Shown piece by piece: positions 21,524 to 30,157 of a stretch of DNA of 64,000 nt (positions are counted from its first letter, which is position 1; each line of letters opens with the position of its first letter). The DNA comes from Escherichia coli. GTDB lineage: Bacteria > Pseudomonadota > Gammaproteobacteria > Enterobacterales > Enterobacteriaceae. The notes below the pieces were generated by a model that saw nothing but the letters and a program-made list of their open reading frames with translations, made no database searches and had not been told where the DNA came from. Location of the stretch: NCBI RefSeq assembly GCF_044324875.1, contig NZ_CP172185.1; one strand, given 5' to 3'. The position numbers and the translations under genes were made by a program.

Positions 21524-22440
21524 TACTGCATGCCCTCCGGTCGGTTGATTTCAGGCTCCGGTTCGGTCAGCCATGCGGGGACATCGTTACCCGATGGTGC
21601 GGCATCAAGGTCGAACGTCTCACGCAATGCATGAACACTGCGTTCAATCTGGCAGACCAGACCGGCCATGAAATCTCTGGGGGTATCAATCATGTTTTTA
21701 CTGCAGTATTCACACAGGGTTTCAAAGGCACCGGAGAGCCGGACGGCGATGGCAGATTCCGCCTCAACCGCTAATGCGGTCACTTCCGCCCGCAGCTTCT
21801 TCACCTCTTCATCAGGCTCAGGCGGTTGAATACGGGATTTCTTCTCCAGTTTTGTGGCCAGTTCGTTGATTTTTTCGTCCTTTCCGGCAAGCACCTGTTG
21901 CTGAGCTGCGTTAGTTTCGCGCGCTTCACGCAGGGCCTGGCGAAGTTCACGTACTGACATGCGATCAACATCATCAAGCGTCAGGCCGGCAACTGTGCCG
22001 CCGTCGGCCAGTTCGGCAAGGTCTTCATCGTCTTCAGCAACAAGTTCAAATAATTTTGCCTTACCCAAAAGCGACAACGTTGTCGCTTTTGGCTCTAGTT
22101 TTGGTGAAAGGTATTTCAAAGATGCTTTCATCATTCGTTGTGCTGCGCGCACGTGCAAACCAAGTTGTTCTTCTACAATTCCAACAAAGTCCCCGTGTGG
22201 CTCATTTTCTTTTAAGATGATCAGCCGTTTACCCGCTTCCAGCATAGATTCAGCACTCTGCGCCATATAAAAACGTGCTTCGTGAACGATGCGATCACGT
22301 TCATAAGGCAGTCCATCACCAAACTGCTGCATGATCTCCATGCGATGCTGTGTCATGGCATTCAGGCTGACGTTGAGATCATCCGACAGCGGTACCTCGG
22401 CGTTCAGTTCAGTGTTAACCGGTGATTTGGTGCGTCCCAT
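21523..22440 (-). CDS. hypothetical early protein (305 aa, acidic coiled-coil region)
   Basis: ORF between ner-like and transposase genes; no confident family assignment. Confidence 0.45.
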   Translation of the reverse strand: MGRTKSPVNTELNAEVPLSDDLNVSLNAMTQHRMEIMQQFGDGLPYERDRIVHEARFYMAQSAESMLEAGKRLIILKENEPHGDFVGIVEEQLGLHVRAAQRMMKASLKYLSPKLEPKATTLSLLGKAKLFELVAEDDEDLAELADGGTVAGLTLDDVDRMSVRELRQALREARETNAAQQQVLAGKDEKINELATKLEKKSRIQPPEPDEEVKKLRAEVTALAVEAESAIAVRLSGAFETLCEYCSKNMIDTPRDFMAGLVCQIERSVHALRETFDLDAAPSGNDVPAWLTEPEPEINRPEGMQ

Positions 22441-22450
22441 TGATTACTCC

Positions 22451-22759
22451 TTACAAACGACTACCTGAAATGACACGTTGGTTGATTTCGTTAATGCGAT
22501 CCTGTGCACGTGCCATCTCGTTACTGTGGGCCATGGCGATCTGCAGCAACTGGATGCCCGGTGCGAAACGCCCGTTTTCCAGTTTCAGGGCCAGTCCTTC
22601 TTCAATGAGGGTGTTGAGTGCCCGGTTGATGTTTGCCGGTGACTCGTGCAGTGCTGCCGCCAGTTCACCATTGGAAATACCGTTCAGGGCATGACCGCGC
22701 AGCGCTTTGAGTACCCGGAGGATGCGACTGCCGGAGCTTGAAACATTCGTCTTACTCAT
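22451..22759 (-). CDS. winged-helix DNA-binding protein (about 102 aa)
   Basis: HTH-like segment ILRVLKALRGHALNGISNGELAAAL; start at MSKT has the better SD spacing. Confidence 0.45.
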   Translation of the reverse strand: MSKTNVSSSGSRILRVLKALRGHALNGISNGELAAALHESPANINRALNTLIEEGLALKLENGRFAPGIQLLQIAMAHSNEMARAQDRINEINQRVISGSRL

Positions 22760-22811
22760 CTGCATACCTCTTTTGCGATATGTGATAACCTTTTACAAAG
22801 AATCAAAATAT

Positions 22812-23000
22812 TCAGGCTGCCTGAGCTGTTGATTTCAGCCCCAGTTTCACGGCGATTTCATGGGATTTACCGTAACGTGCTTTGCTCTGCCCATTGAGAA
22901 CGCGGTATACCTCATTGCGGTTGTAGCCGTTTTCTTCTGCCCAGCGGGTGAAAGTGATCCCGCGCTGGCGGAAGAGAGCTTTGACTTGTTCTGCAGTCAT
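22812..23000 (-). CDS. ner: Ner-like small DNA-binding protein (Cro-equivalent)
   Basis: 62-aa ORF with AAGGAGA SD, divergent from the repressor; Ner-like HTH pattern. Confidence 0.55.
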   Translation of the reverse strand: MTAEQVKALFRQRGITFTRWAEENGYNRNEVYRVLNGQSKARYGKSHEIAVKLGLKSTAQAA

Positions 23001-23100
23001 CGTTGTCTCCTTTGTTGATGCAATGATGTTTGCCTTATGTGTGATAGATTATGGTGCAGATTATCTCACCAGTCAACTTAAAGAGTGCAGAAAAACTCAC
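23001..23100. promoter_or_regulatory. divergent early control region between ner and repressor (candidate operators)
   Basis: 100-bp AT-rich spacer containing the direct repeat AGATTAT twice (GATAGATTATGGTGCAGATTATCTC). Confidence 0.35.
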
Positions 23101-23439
23101 ATGATCGGGTTACGTATTAAAGAAGAAAGAGAGCGTCTATCTCTTACACAGCAAGGGTTGGCTGATGCTATCGGTGTGGCAAAGAGAACTTTTATTGATT
23201 GGGAAAAAGATCGCACTTCTCCTACTGCAGTGCAGTTATCTGCACTATCAGAAATCGGTGTAGATGTTTTGTATGTAGTTACTGGGGTGCGGAGTCAGCC
23301 TGTTGTTGCACCTTATATGTCACAAGAAAAGAAAGAGTTAATGGATGCATTCGACGAGATGAGCCCCGAACAACGGAGGGCAATTCTTGAGGTCGGCAAA
23401 GTCTTCATTCAACCCAAACCAAGCAAACTCGCAGGCTGA
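23101..23439 (+). CDS. XRE-family HTH repressor (c-like)
   Basis: Internal start MIGLRIKEERERLSLTQQGLADAIGVAKRTFIDWEKDRTSP, a classic XRE HTH; divergent from ner. Confidence 0.6.
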   Translation: MIGLRIKEERERLSLTQQGLADAIGVAKRTFIDWEKDRTSPTAVQLSALSEIGVDVLYVVTGVRSQPVVAPYMSQEKKELMDAFDEMSPEQRRAILEVGKVFIQPKPSKLAG

Positions 23440-23525
23440 TTCTGACCTGGACAGAAAGGACAGGTGGTTGATCTGGATGCTTTCAGAAAACGCCGTCAGT
23501 AGCATGGCAGAAATCGGCGGGCTTA

Positions 23526-23548
23526 CCGGAAAGCACTGTACTTTCCGG
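23526..23548. terminator. bidirectional terminator between convergent repressor and dam genes
   Basis: Stem CCGGAAA / TTTCCGG with 9-nt loop followed by T-rich tract. Confidence 0.5.
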
Positions 23549-23557
23549 TTATGGCTT

Positions 23558-24322
23558 TTAGAAATTGCAGATCACCAGCTCACGGCGTGGAGTTGATTTG
23601 CCTGCCAGACTGTAGTTGATGTTCACTGTCTGTATGTTCAGTCCAGTGAACACCTCGCGCATCTGCGGGATGTCGTTCACCGAAATTATCATCTTTCCTC
23701 TGATGCACCGGGCCAGCTCTGCCAGCCGCGAGTAGTTCCCTTCAGGAAAATCCACACCATAGCCTTCTGTACCCAGATACGGCGGGTCACAGTAGAACAG
23801 CGTGTGCGGACGGTCATAGCGCTCAATGCACTGTTGCCAGTCCATGTGTTCTATCACCGTTCTGGAAAGCCGCAGGTGTGCCGCTGACAGTTCTTCCTCG
23901 ATACGCAGCAGGTTGAAGCGTGGCGGGGATGTGGTGGAGGTGCCGAAGCTGTGCTCTGCCACCTTGCCGCCAAACGCCTGCTTCTGGAGGTAGTAGAACC
24001 GTGCTGCACGCTGGATATCCGTCAGTGTTTCTGTCGGGGTGATCTGCAGCCATTTGTAGATCTGCCGGCTGACCAGCGCCCATTTGAACTGGCGGACAAA
24101 TTCTTCCAGATGATGTTTTACCACCCGATACAGATTTACCAGTTCACCATTGATATCGTTAATGACTTCGAGCTTACCAGGTGTCTTAAGAAAATAGAGC
24201 GCTGCTGCGCCGCAGAACGGCTCCACGTAACATTCATGCGCCGGAAACAGCGGCAGGATGTGTTTTGCCAGGCGACGTTTGCCACCAATCCATGGAACGA
24301 TGGGTAATGTCTGCATTTTCAT
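23558..24322 (-). CDS. Dam-type N6-adenine DNA methyltransferase (D12 class)
   Basis: 254-aa ORF with DPPY catalytic motif and N-terminal FCGAAALYF SAM-binding motif. Confidence 0.8.
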   Translation of the reverse strand: MKMQTLPIVPWIGGKRRLAKHILPLFPAHECYVEPFCGAAALYFLKTPGKLEVINDINGELVNLYRVVKHHLEEFVRQFKWALVSRQIYKWLQITPTETLTDIQRAARFYYLQKQAFGGKVAEHSFGTSTTSPPRFNLLRIEEELSAAHLRLSRTVIEHMDWQQCIERYDRPHTLFYCDPPYLGTEGYGVDFPEGNYSRLAELARCIRGKMIISVNDIPQMREVFTGLNIQTVNINYSLAGKSTPRRELVICNF

Positions 24323-24514
24323 AATCTGTAAGCCTTTTACAATTATTAAAAATATGGCAGGCTAGTCTGGTCTCGCGAGACTGACTGAACCCCGGTCGGC
24401 TCACAGCGCATTCCTGTGGGACGATGGCCAGCCCGGTGGGTCCGAAGCACCGGGCTGGTCGTTCTTTCATGATGCGGCAGGGATGAAGTGATTTCTGTTA
24501 ATGTGGTTTAGGGA

Positions 24515-24730
24515 TTATCCGGGGCGATTTTCTGACCTTATCTGGTCCAGGGCATAAGTGATCCCTTCTGCAAAAACAGAAGTATCAAACTGCTTTTGTA
24601 TTTCCTGAAAATGAACAGTGGCACGACAGACACTCAGTTCTCCGCGATGTAACCGGATAATATCTTCCAGAACATTGTTCACTGCTTCGGCACGGCGCTG
24701 ATGTTCTGTTAACGTTAATCGGGGATTCAT
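24515..24730 (-). CDS. hypothetical 71-aa protein upstream of dam
   Basis: ATG with AAGGAG SD 8 nt upstream; no recognisable motif. Confidence 0.5.
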   Translation of the reverse strand: MNPRLTLTEHQRRAEAVNNVLEDIIRLHRGELSVCRATVHFQEIQKQFDTSVFAEGITYALDQIRSENRPG

Positions 24731-25107
24731 GATGCACTCCTTAAATGATGATTTTTATGTACTCACCGGCAAAATATTCTGCCGATTACTGAACACGCAT
24801 CCGGCTCCTCAGGTTTTGATTTATTCTGGTTTTTTCGATATCCCGGACCAGGTTGATCACGACAGAAAAAGTGCCGGTATTTTATTGATACGCTGATATG
24901 GCTTCGGGATAACAGCTATATTCGTTACTCTCAGTTGCTGGCTGTGGGAGCGGCTGATGTCGTCCTCACGGAAAAAACGCTCTGTCTGCTCAATGCCATG
25001 CCGACCTTTCTGCAGCCCCGGCCCGTACCATTTAAAGAGTCACTTCTGGATGCAGTAAAAACCGGTGAAAATGCAGTCATCGCTGAATGCGTATCCCGGA
25101 TTATGCG

Positions 25108-25656
25108 TTACGTGTTTAATGAACGTAAGTGAGGTTTATCCGCTGTCTGCATAATCCCGATAGCCAGTGCGAGGGGAAGCAATTCCGGGGAAACTCTTTC
25201 AAACAGCGATTCCCATTCTCCTCTCGCCATCACTCTGTCCAGCCCGCCCTCCAGCTGCATTTCAGCAATCTTCCTGATTTCCCGGAACAACGCCGCTTTG
25301 ATCTCTTCATGCTCAGCTTTATTTTCCGGTGTCAGAATGTATTCGTCGAAGAACCGGGGAGGCTGGTTAACGGGGGGCATGTTCACCGGGATGTGTTCCT
25401 GTATCCCGTACTCCGGGGCTGAAAAACATTTTGTTGTCTGACCGGTGAGTTTGCGTAACACCTTCATGAGTTGCTCCTGAAGCAGCTCATTCGTCCGACA
25501 GATACGCTCGTCGTCCACAACTGCGGCATCGACAATGACGCTTTTTCCAAATTCCTTTTTCACCATCTCTTTTATACGCGTCAGAACGTAACTTTTACCG
25601 CTGCCTACAGGCCCGGACACTCTGACGGTGATGGTCGGCTTCGGTGTGACTGTCAT
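25108..25656 (-). CDS. small P-loop NTPase (about 182 aa), function unknown
   Basis: Start MTVTPKPT with AAGGAG SD; Walker A GPVGSGKS and hhhhDD Walker B-like VIVDAAVVDDE. Confidence 0.6.
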   Translation of the reverse strand: MTVTPKPTITVRVSGPVGSGKSYVLTRIKEMVKKEFGKSVIVDAAVVDDERICRTNELLQEQLMKVLRKLTGQTTKCFSAPEYGIQEHIPVNMPPVNQPPRFFDEYILTPENKAEHEEIKAALFREIRKIAEMQLEGGLDRVMARGEWESLFERVSPELLPLALAIGIMQTADKPHLRSLNT

Positions 25657-25725
25657 TCTGTATCTCCTTTGTGAGTGATCCAGCGTGTATTCTGCATACC
25701 CCGAACACGCCTCTCTCTTAACGCG

Positions 25726-25736
25726 CTTTAAAATCC
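25726..25736 (+). promoter_or_regulatory. late-promoter-like motif GCTTTAAAATC about 60 bp upstream of first late gene
   Basis: One of four related motifs at matching distances from late-operon starts. Confidence 0.35.
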
Positions 25737-25787
25737 TCCGCGCCACGCTTTTGCCATGCTGTCTCCACACAACAAGGAGACATTTTC

Positions 25788-26138
25788 ATGAAACCATTCA
25801 CTTCCCTTATCGTTGACGTACAAAAAACCCGCCTGCGTGGATGGCTTGTTGCGGCCGTGCTGCTGCTCCTCATCATCGCGCTGGTCTCACCCCAGCAGTT
25901 GCCGGTGGTGGTGTACAAGCTCTCTCTCATCTCCCTCGCCGCCGTGCTCGGCTACTGGCTGGACCGCTCACTCTTCCCGAAGGCCCGTCCGGGGCAGTAC
26001 CTGAAGCATGACGAGCGCCTCATGGCTGAGGGGCGCTGGCCCGTACAGACCGGCCTTCACCTGGTGTTTTCTGCTGCGTTAATCCGCCGTGCACTGATTG
26101 TTGCAGCTGTCTGTCTGGCTGTTGCGATGGGGCTTTAA
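25788..26138 (+). CDS. putative holin / lysis membrane protein
   Basis: 116-aa ORF with two or three TM segments immediately upstream of the endolysin. Confidence 0.5.
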   Translation: MKPFTSLIVDVQKTRLRGWLVAAVLLLLIIALVSPQQLPVVVYKLSLISLAAVLGYWLDRSLFPKARPGQYLKHDERLMAEGRWPVQTGLHLVFSAALIRRALIVAAVCLAVAMGL

Positions 26139-26140
26139 TC

Positions 26141-26875
26141 ATGAACTGGCCACAGAGCACCTGGATTGTATGCATGTCCCTGAAACTGGCTTTCGAAGCC
26201 TTTCTGGTCTTCATCAGAACCGAACGCCTGTCAGTCCGTGTCGGGACCTTTCTGGTTCATATGGCATGGGTATTCTTTGTCGCAATGTTGCTCTGGTGTG
26301 GCGGCTTCTTCAGTCAGGCCCGCGCAGCGCAGCCTCCGCAGGCTGCGCTGCAGTATCGCGATGATGTGATCCGTAATGCCCGGCTTGAATGGGGGCTGTC
26401 TGCGCCGGTGGCCGATTTCGCCGCGCAACTGCATCAGGAAAGCGGCTGGCGGACTGATGCGGTCTCGCCGGTGGGCGCTCAGGGGCTGGCGCAGTTTATG
26501 CCCGCCACCGCTGACTGGATAAGCCAGTTGATGCCGGCGTTGAGCAGTCGTGAGCCGTTTAATCCGGCATGGGCCATCCGGGCGCTGGTCAGCTATGACC
26601 GCTGGCTGTGGCAGCGCATCAGCGCCGCCAGTGACTGCGAGCGTATGGCCATGACACTGTCGGGCTATAACGGTGGTCTGGGTTGGGTACAACGGGACAG
26701 GCGGCTCGCATCACAGAAAGGTCTGGACAGCACCCGCTGGTTCGGACATGTCGCCACGGTGAATGCCGGACGCAATGCTGCCAGCTGGCGGGAGAACCGC
26801 CATTATCCGCAGCGCATCCTGCACGAACTGGCCCCCCGTTATCTGACATGGGGGGGCGGCAGCTGTGTGGACTAA
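26141..26875 (+). CDS. lytic transglycosylase endolysin (SLT domain), probable signal-anchor (SAR) type
   Basis: SLT catalytic region HQESGWR...GAQGLAQFMPATA; hydrophobic N-terminal segment. Confidence 0.75.
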   Translation: MNWPQSTWIVCMSLKLAFEAFLVFIRTERLSVRVGTFLVHMAWVFFVAMLLWCGGFFSQARAAQPPQAALQYRDDVIRNARLEWGLSAPVADFAAQLHQESGWRTDAVSPVGAQGLAQFMPATADWISQLMPALSSREPFNPAWAIRALVSYDRWLWQRISAASDCERMAMTLSGYNGGLGWVQRDRRLASQKGLDSTRWFGHVATVNAGRNAASWRENRHYPQRILHELAPRYLTWGGGSCVD

Positions 26876-27167
26876 CCTGCTAAAAAATCTGCCGTGGCGC
26901 AGTCTGCTGCTGGCAGTGCTCATAAATGCTTTTCTGATTGGACTTTATTACCTGGGCTACAAAAGTGCAAAATGGCATCTGAATCGATCGCAGTTTGGCA
27001 TTCGAATCGATCATGATTTGGCATCCATCTCCGATCACAGTTTGGCATCACAATCGATCACGATTTGGCATGCTTCCGATCATTGATTGGCATCCTGCCA
27101 GTCACTCCGGGAATTAACTCTTTTCACCACAGTCTCCATTGCCGTGTTTAAACCAGTGGAGACGTCA

Positions 27168-28733
27168 ATGTCCAGAAAGAGAAAATCCAGGAGCACTATG
27201 GAAACCTGTTTTAAGATCCTTCAGCTCAAGTTCGACAAGAAGCTGACTAACCGTTGTATCGGACTGACGTTACACATCAGCGCCTCAACCGTTTTTGAGG
27301 TTCTTGCCCGCTTCAAAGCCTCTTCTCTGTCATGGCCATTACCTGCTGATATATCCCATGACACGCTGGAGAAACTCATTTTTCCGCCCAAAGACACCTT
27401 TGCATCAGAGCTTGTAATGCCTGACATGTTGTACTTCGATACGGAAATGAGAAAACCAGGTGTGACGCGGCAACTGTTGTGGATGGAATACAAGGCACAG
27501 GCGGGTAACAAAGCGATGGGATACTCGCACTTCTGCCGTTGCTACCGGGAGTGGAAAAAAACGCGACGTCTCTCCATGCGCCAGGAGCATCGTGCCGGCG
27601 AAAAGCTTTTTATCGACTTCTGTGGTCCTACGGTTCCTGTTATTAATCCGGACACCGGTGAGATACGCCGCGTGGCAATCTTCGTGGCCGTAATGGGGGC
27701 GTCCAACTATACCTACGTTGAAGCGTGCGAAGGTCAGGACATGATGTCATGGTTAAATGCCCACAGCCGTTGCCTGACCTTCCTGGGCGGCGTACCGAAG
27801 CTGCTCATCCCCGATAACCTCAGAAGCGCAGTGAAAAAGGCCGATCGATATGAGCCTGTCATCAACGACAGTTATCAGGCACTGGCTGAGCACTATGGCA
27901 CGGTTATCATCCCGGCCCGACCACGCAAACCTAAAGATAAACCAAAAGCAGAAAACGGCGTCCTCATCGTTGAACGATGGCTTCTTGCCCGCATCCGTAA
28001 TGAAACCTTCCACACGCTCAGGGCGCTGAATGCGCGCCTTAGGGAGTTACTGACAGACATGAATAACCGGCCAATGAAGGGGTACGGCAATCAAACCCGT
28101 GCAGAACGCTTCCGCATACTGGATGCGCCAGCACTCTCTCCGCTGCCTCTGGCACCTTATGAATACACGGAATACAAAGCTGTGAAGGTTGGCCCTGACT
28201 ACCACGTTGAATATGCCCGTCACTGGTACTCCGTTCCACACGAACTGGTCGGTCAGCGTCTGTCACTGAAGGCGGGGCAGTCGGTGGTACAGCTCTGGCA
28301 CAAGGGGCAGTGTGTGGCGCAACATCCGCGCAGCACACATGAATATAAACACACAACCAATCCGCTTCACATGCCAGAGCGCCACCGGCAGCACGGGACA
28401 TGGACACCGGAACGCCTGATCGAGCAGGGAAAACGTACGGGCCCGTCCACAGGCCGGGTGGTTGAATCCATGCTGAAGGCAAAACCCCATCCGGAACTGG
28501 CTTATCGTGCAGTTCTGGGGCTGCTGGCACTTCAGAAAAAATACGGCCCGGAACGGCTGGAAAAGGCCTGTTACGTTGCCCTGCACTATAACGCCCCTGA
28601 CAGACGCTTTATCGACAATCTGCTGCGTCACCATCGGGAGAACCTGGAGCTTCCATTATCCCGCCAGGGCGAACAACATCCGGCATATGCTTCAGAGCAT
28701 GAAAACCTGCGTGGTCCGGGCTACTACCACTGA
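27168..28733 (+). CDS. istA: IS21-family transposase IstA
   Basis: N-terminal HTH plus DDE core (FIDFCGP ... IPDNLRS ... VERW); start uncertain (27087 TTG to 27198 ATG). Confidence 0.8.
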   Translation: MSRKRKSRSTMETCFKILQLKFDKKLTNRCIGLTLHISASTVFEVLARFKASSLSWPLPADISHDTLEKLIFPPKDTFASELVMPDMLYFDTEMRKPGVTRQLLWMEYKAQAGNKAMGYSHFCRCYREWKKTRRLSMRQEHRAGEKLFIDFCGPTVPVINPDTGEIRRVAIFVAVMGASNYTYVEACEGQDMMSWLNAHSRCLTFLGGVPKLLIPDNLRSAVKKADRYEPVINDSYQALAEHYGTVIIPARPRKPKDKPKAENGVLIVERWLLARIRNETFHTLRALNARLRELLTDMNNRPMKGYGNQTRAERFRILDAPALSPLPLAPYEYTEYKAVKVGPDYHVEYARHWYSVPHELVGQRLSLKAGQSVVQLWHKGQCVAQHPRSTHEYKHTTNPLHMPERHRQHGTWTPERLIEQGKRTGPSTGRVVESMLKAKPHPELAYRAVLGLLALQKKYGPERLEKACYVALHYNAPDRRFIDNLLRHHRENLELPLSRQGEQHPAYASEHENLRGPGYYH

Positions 28734-28749
28734 CAGAAGGAACAACAGT

Positions 28750-29505
28750 ATGAGTGATAACCTGTTAAACAAACTGACCCAACTGAAACTCCCGGCGATG
28801 GCCGGGAGCCTGATACGGCAGCGGGAAACGCCTCAGACCTACGACGAACTGTCGTTCGAGGAAAGGCTGACGCTGCTGGTTGATGACGAGCTTCTGAGCA
28901 GGGAAAACAGCCGTGTGGCACGGTTGAGAAAAAATGCCGGCCTGAAATACCAGGCAACACCGGAAGGGCTGCGCTATCCGGCCTCAAGAGGTCTGCGGGC
29001 TGAACAGATGAGAGAACTGCTGAACGGCCACTACATAACCCACAGGAAAAACCTGCTGATAACCGGTCCGACAGGATGTGGCAAGAGCTGGATAGCCAAT
29101 GCGCTGGGCGAACAGGCATGTCGACAGAAACACAGCGTCCGGTACTGTAGAACCGGGCGATTACTGGAACAACTGGCTCAGGGACGTGTTGATGGCAGCT
29201 GGCTGAAATATCTGAAACAGTTGCAAAAAATACAGGTTCTAATCCTGGACGATCTGGGGCTGGAACAGTTAAGTAACGCCCAGTGTAATGACCTTCTGGA
29301 GCTCATAGAGGATCGTTACGGACAAAGCAGCACGATAGTGGTAAGCCAGTTCCCGGTAGATAAATGGCATGGTCTGATGGAGAACCCAACAACAGCAGAT
29401 GCCATCCTGGACAGACTGGTACATAACTCACACCGAGTGGTCCTTCAGGGAGAGTCACTGAGGAAAAATCCCCCGGTAGTGGAAAGCAGCGAAAAAACGC
29501 GTTAA
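28750..29505 (+). CDS. istB: IS21-family helper ATPase IstB
   Basis: 251-aa ORF with Walker A GPTGCGKSWIA; ATG at 28750 a few bp after istA stop. Confidence 0.85.
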   Translation: MSDNLLNKLTQLKLPAMAGSLIRQRETPQTYDELSFEERLTLLVDDELLSRENSRVARLRKNAGLKYQATPEGLRYPASRGLRAEQMRELLNGHYITHRKNLLITGPTGCGKSWIANALGEQACRQKHSVRYCRTGRLLEQLAQGRVDGSWLKYLKQLQKIQVLILDDLGLEQLSNAQCNDLLELIEDRYGQSSTIVVSQFPVDKWHGLMENPTTADAILDRLVHNSHRVVLQGESLRKNPPVVESSEKTR

Positions 29506-29856
29506 AAAGCGGTAGAAAAAGTTAAGTTCCCGGTTGATCGAATGGATGCGAATCGCTGATCGGACTTCGATGCCAATCCGTGATCGAATAGAGCGGAATA
29601 CGCAAAAGCGGGCATGAAAACGCCACGCGCGACGGCGATAAGGCGATCAGTGAGTTGCAGTCAGCATTCGACACATACAAAACGGAGCAGGCAATGCTTG
29701 AGAACGCTGCATTGCGAGCATGGGCAAAACGGTATCAGGAGCAGGTGGCCGCTGGGCAGCAGGCTGAGGCCGGTTATCTTGAGCAGATTGCTCAACTGGA
29801 GAGTCAGAACAAACAACTACAGGGGCAAATTAACGATGTCACACAGCGCTGGATTG

Positions 29857-30123
29857 ATGAAAAAGGTAAGAGCCATCCCATTGAGTGCGTGTTTACTCGC
29901 GGTTTCGTGCGCCAGTACAACGCCGCACTCGGGTATGACAACGCATCCGTCGACACCGGTCATTCAGACTCAGTTGCCGCCACTGGCACCCGCTCTGGCA
30001 CAGCGACCGGGCAACCTGAAACCACTGACACCCGGTTACGCGATTCGGGTGTCTCCCAGCGTGACGTTCTCGCCAACATCATCGACAACGCAGGACAATG
30101 TCGTCGCTGGCGGAACCAGATAA
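29857..30123 (+). CDS. Rz1-like o-spanin lipoprotein embedded in the Rz frame
   Basis: MKKVRAIPLSACLLAVSCAST lipobox followed by Pro-rich mature region, wholly inside the Rz C-terminal coding region in another frame. Confidence 0.5.
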   Translation: MKKVRAIPLSACLLAVSCASTTPHSGMTTHPSTPVIQTQLPPLAPALAQRPGNLKPLTPGYAIRVSPSVTFSPTSSTTQDNVVAGGTR

Positions 30124-30157
30124 ACGCGTTGCTGGATGAACGGGAAGGATTACAGAA

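Larger units (their letters stand above)
26966..29604 (+). mobile_element. IS21-family insertion sequence (istA-istB), ~2.64 kb, flanked by direct repeat (C)AAAAG
   Basis: IstA/IstB gene pair; multiple terminal TTTGGCAT / GATCG repeats at both ends; shared CAAAAG at 26960-26965 and 29603-29608. Confidence 0.8.

Noticed and set aside
23003-23100. Longer N-terminal start for the repressor (ORF 22948..23439)
   Set aside because: The extension would overlap ner and the operator region; MIGLRIKEER at 23101 begins a standard XRE HTH domain.
24935-25132. Plus-strand ORF 24935..25132 (65 aa) in the accessory module
   Set aside because: It depends on a TTG start with no SD and overlaps the 3' end of the NTPase gene; the region is more likely leader or regulatory DNA.
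26940-27110. Short repeated TTTGGCAT/GATCG units resembling a repeat-spacer array
   Set aside because: They are the multi-repeat terminal arm of the IS21-family element, mirrored at 29510-29600, not a CRISPR array.
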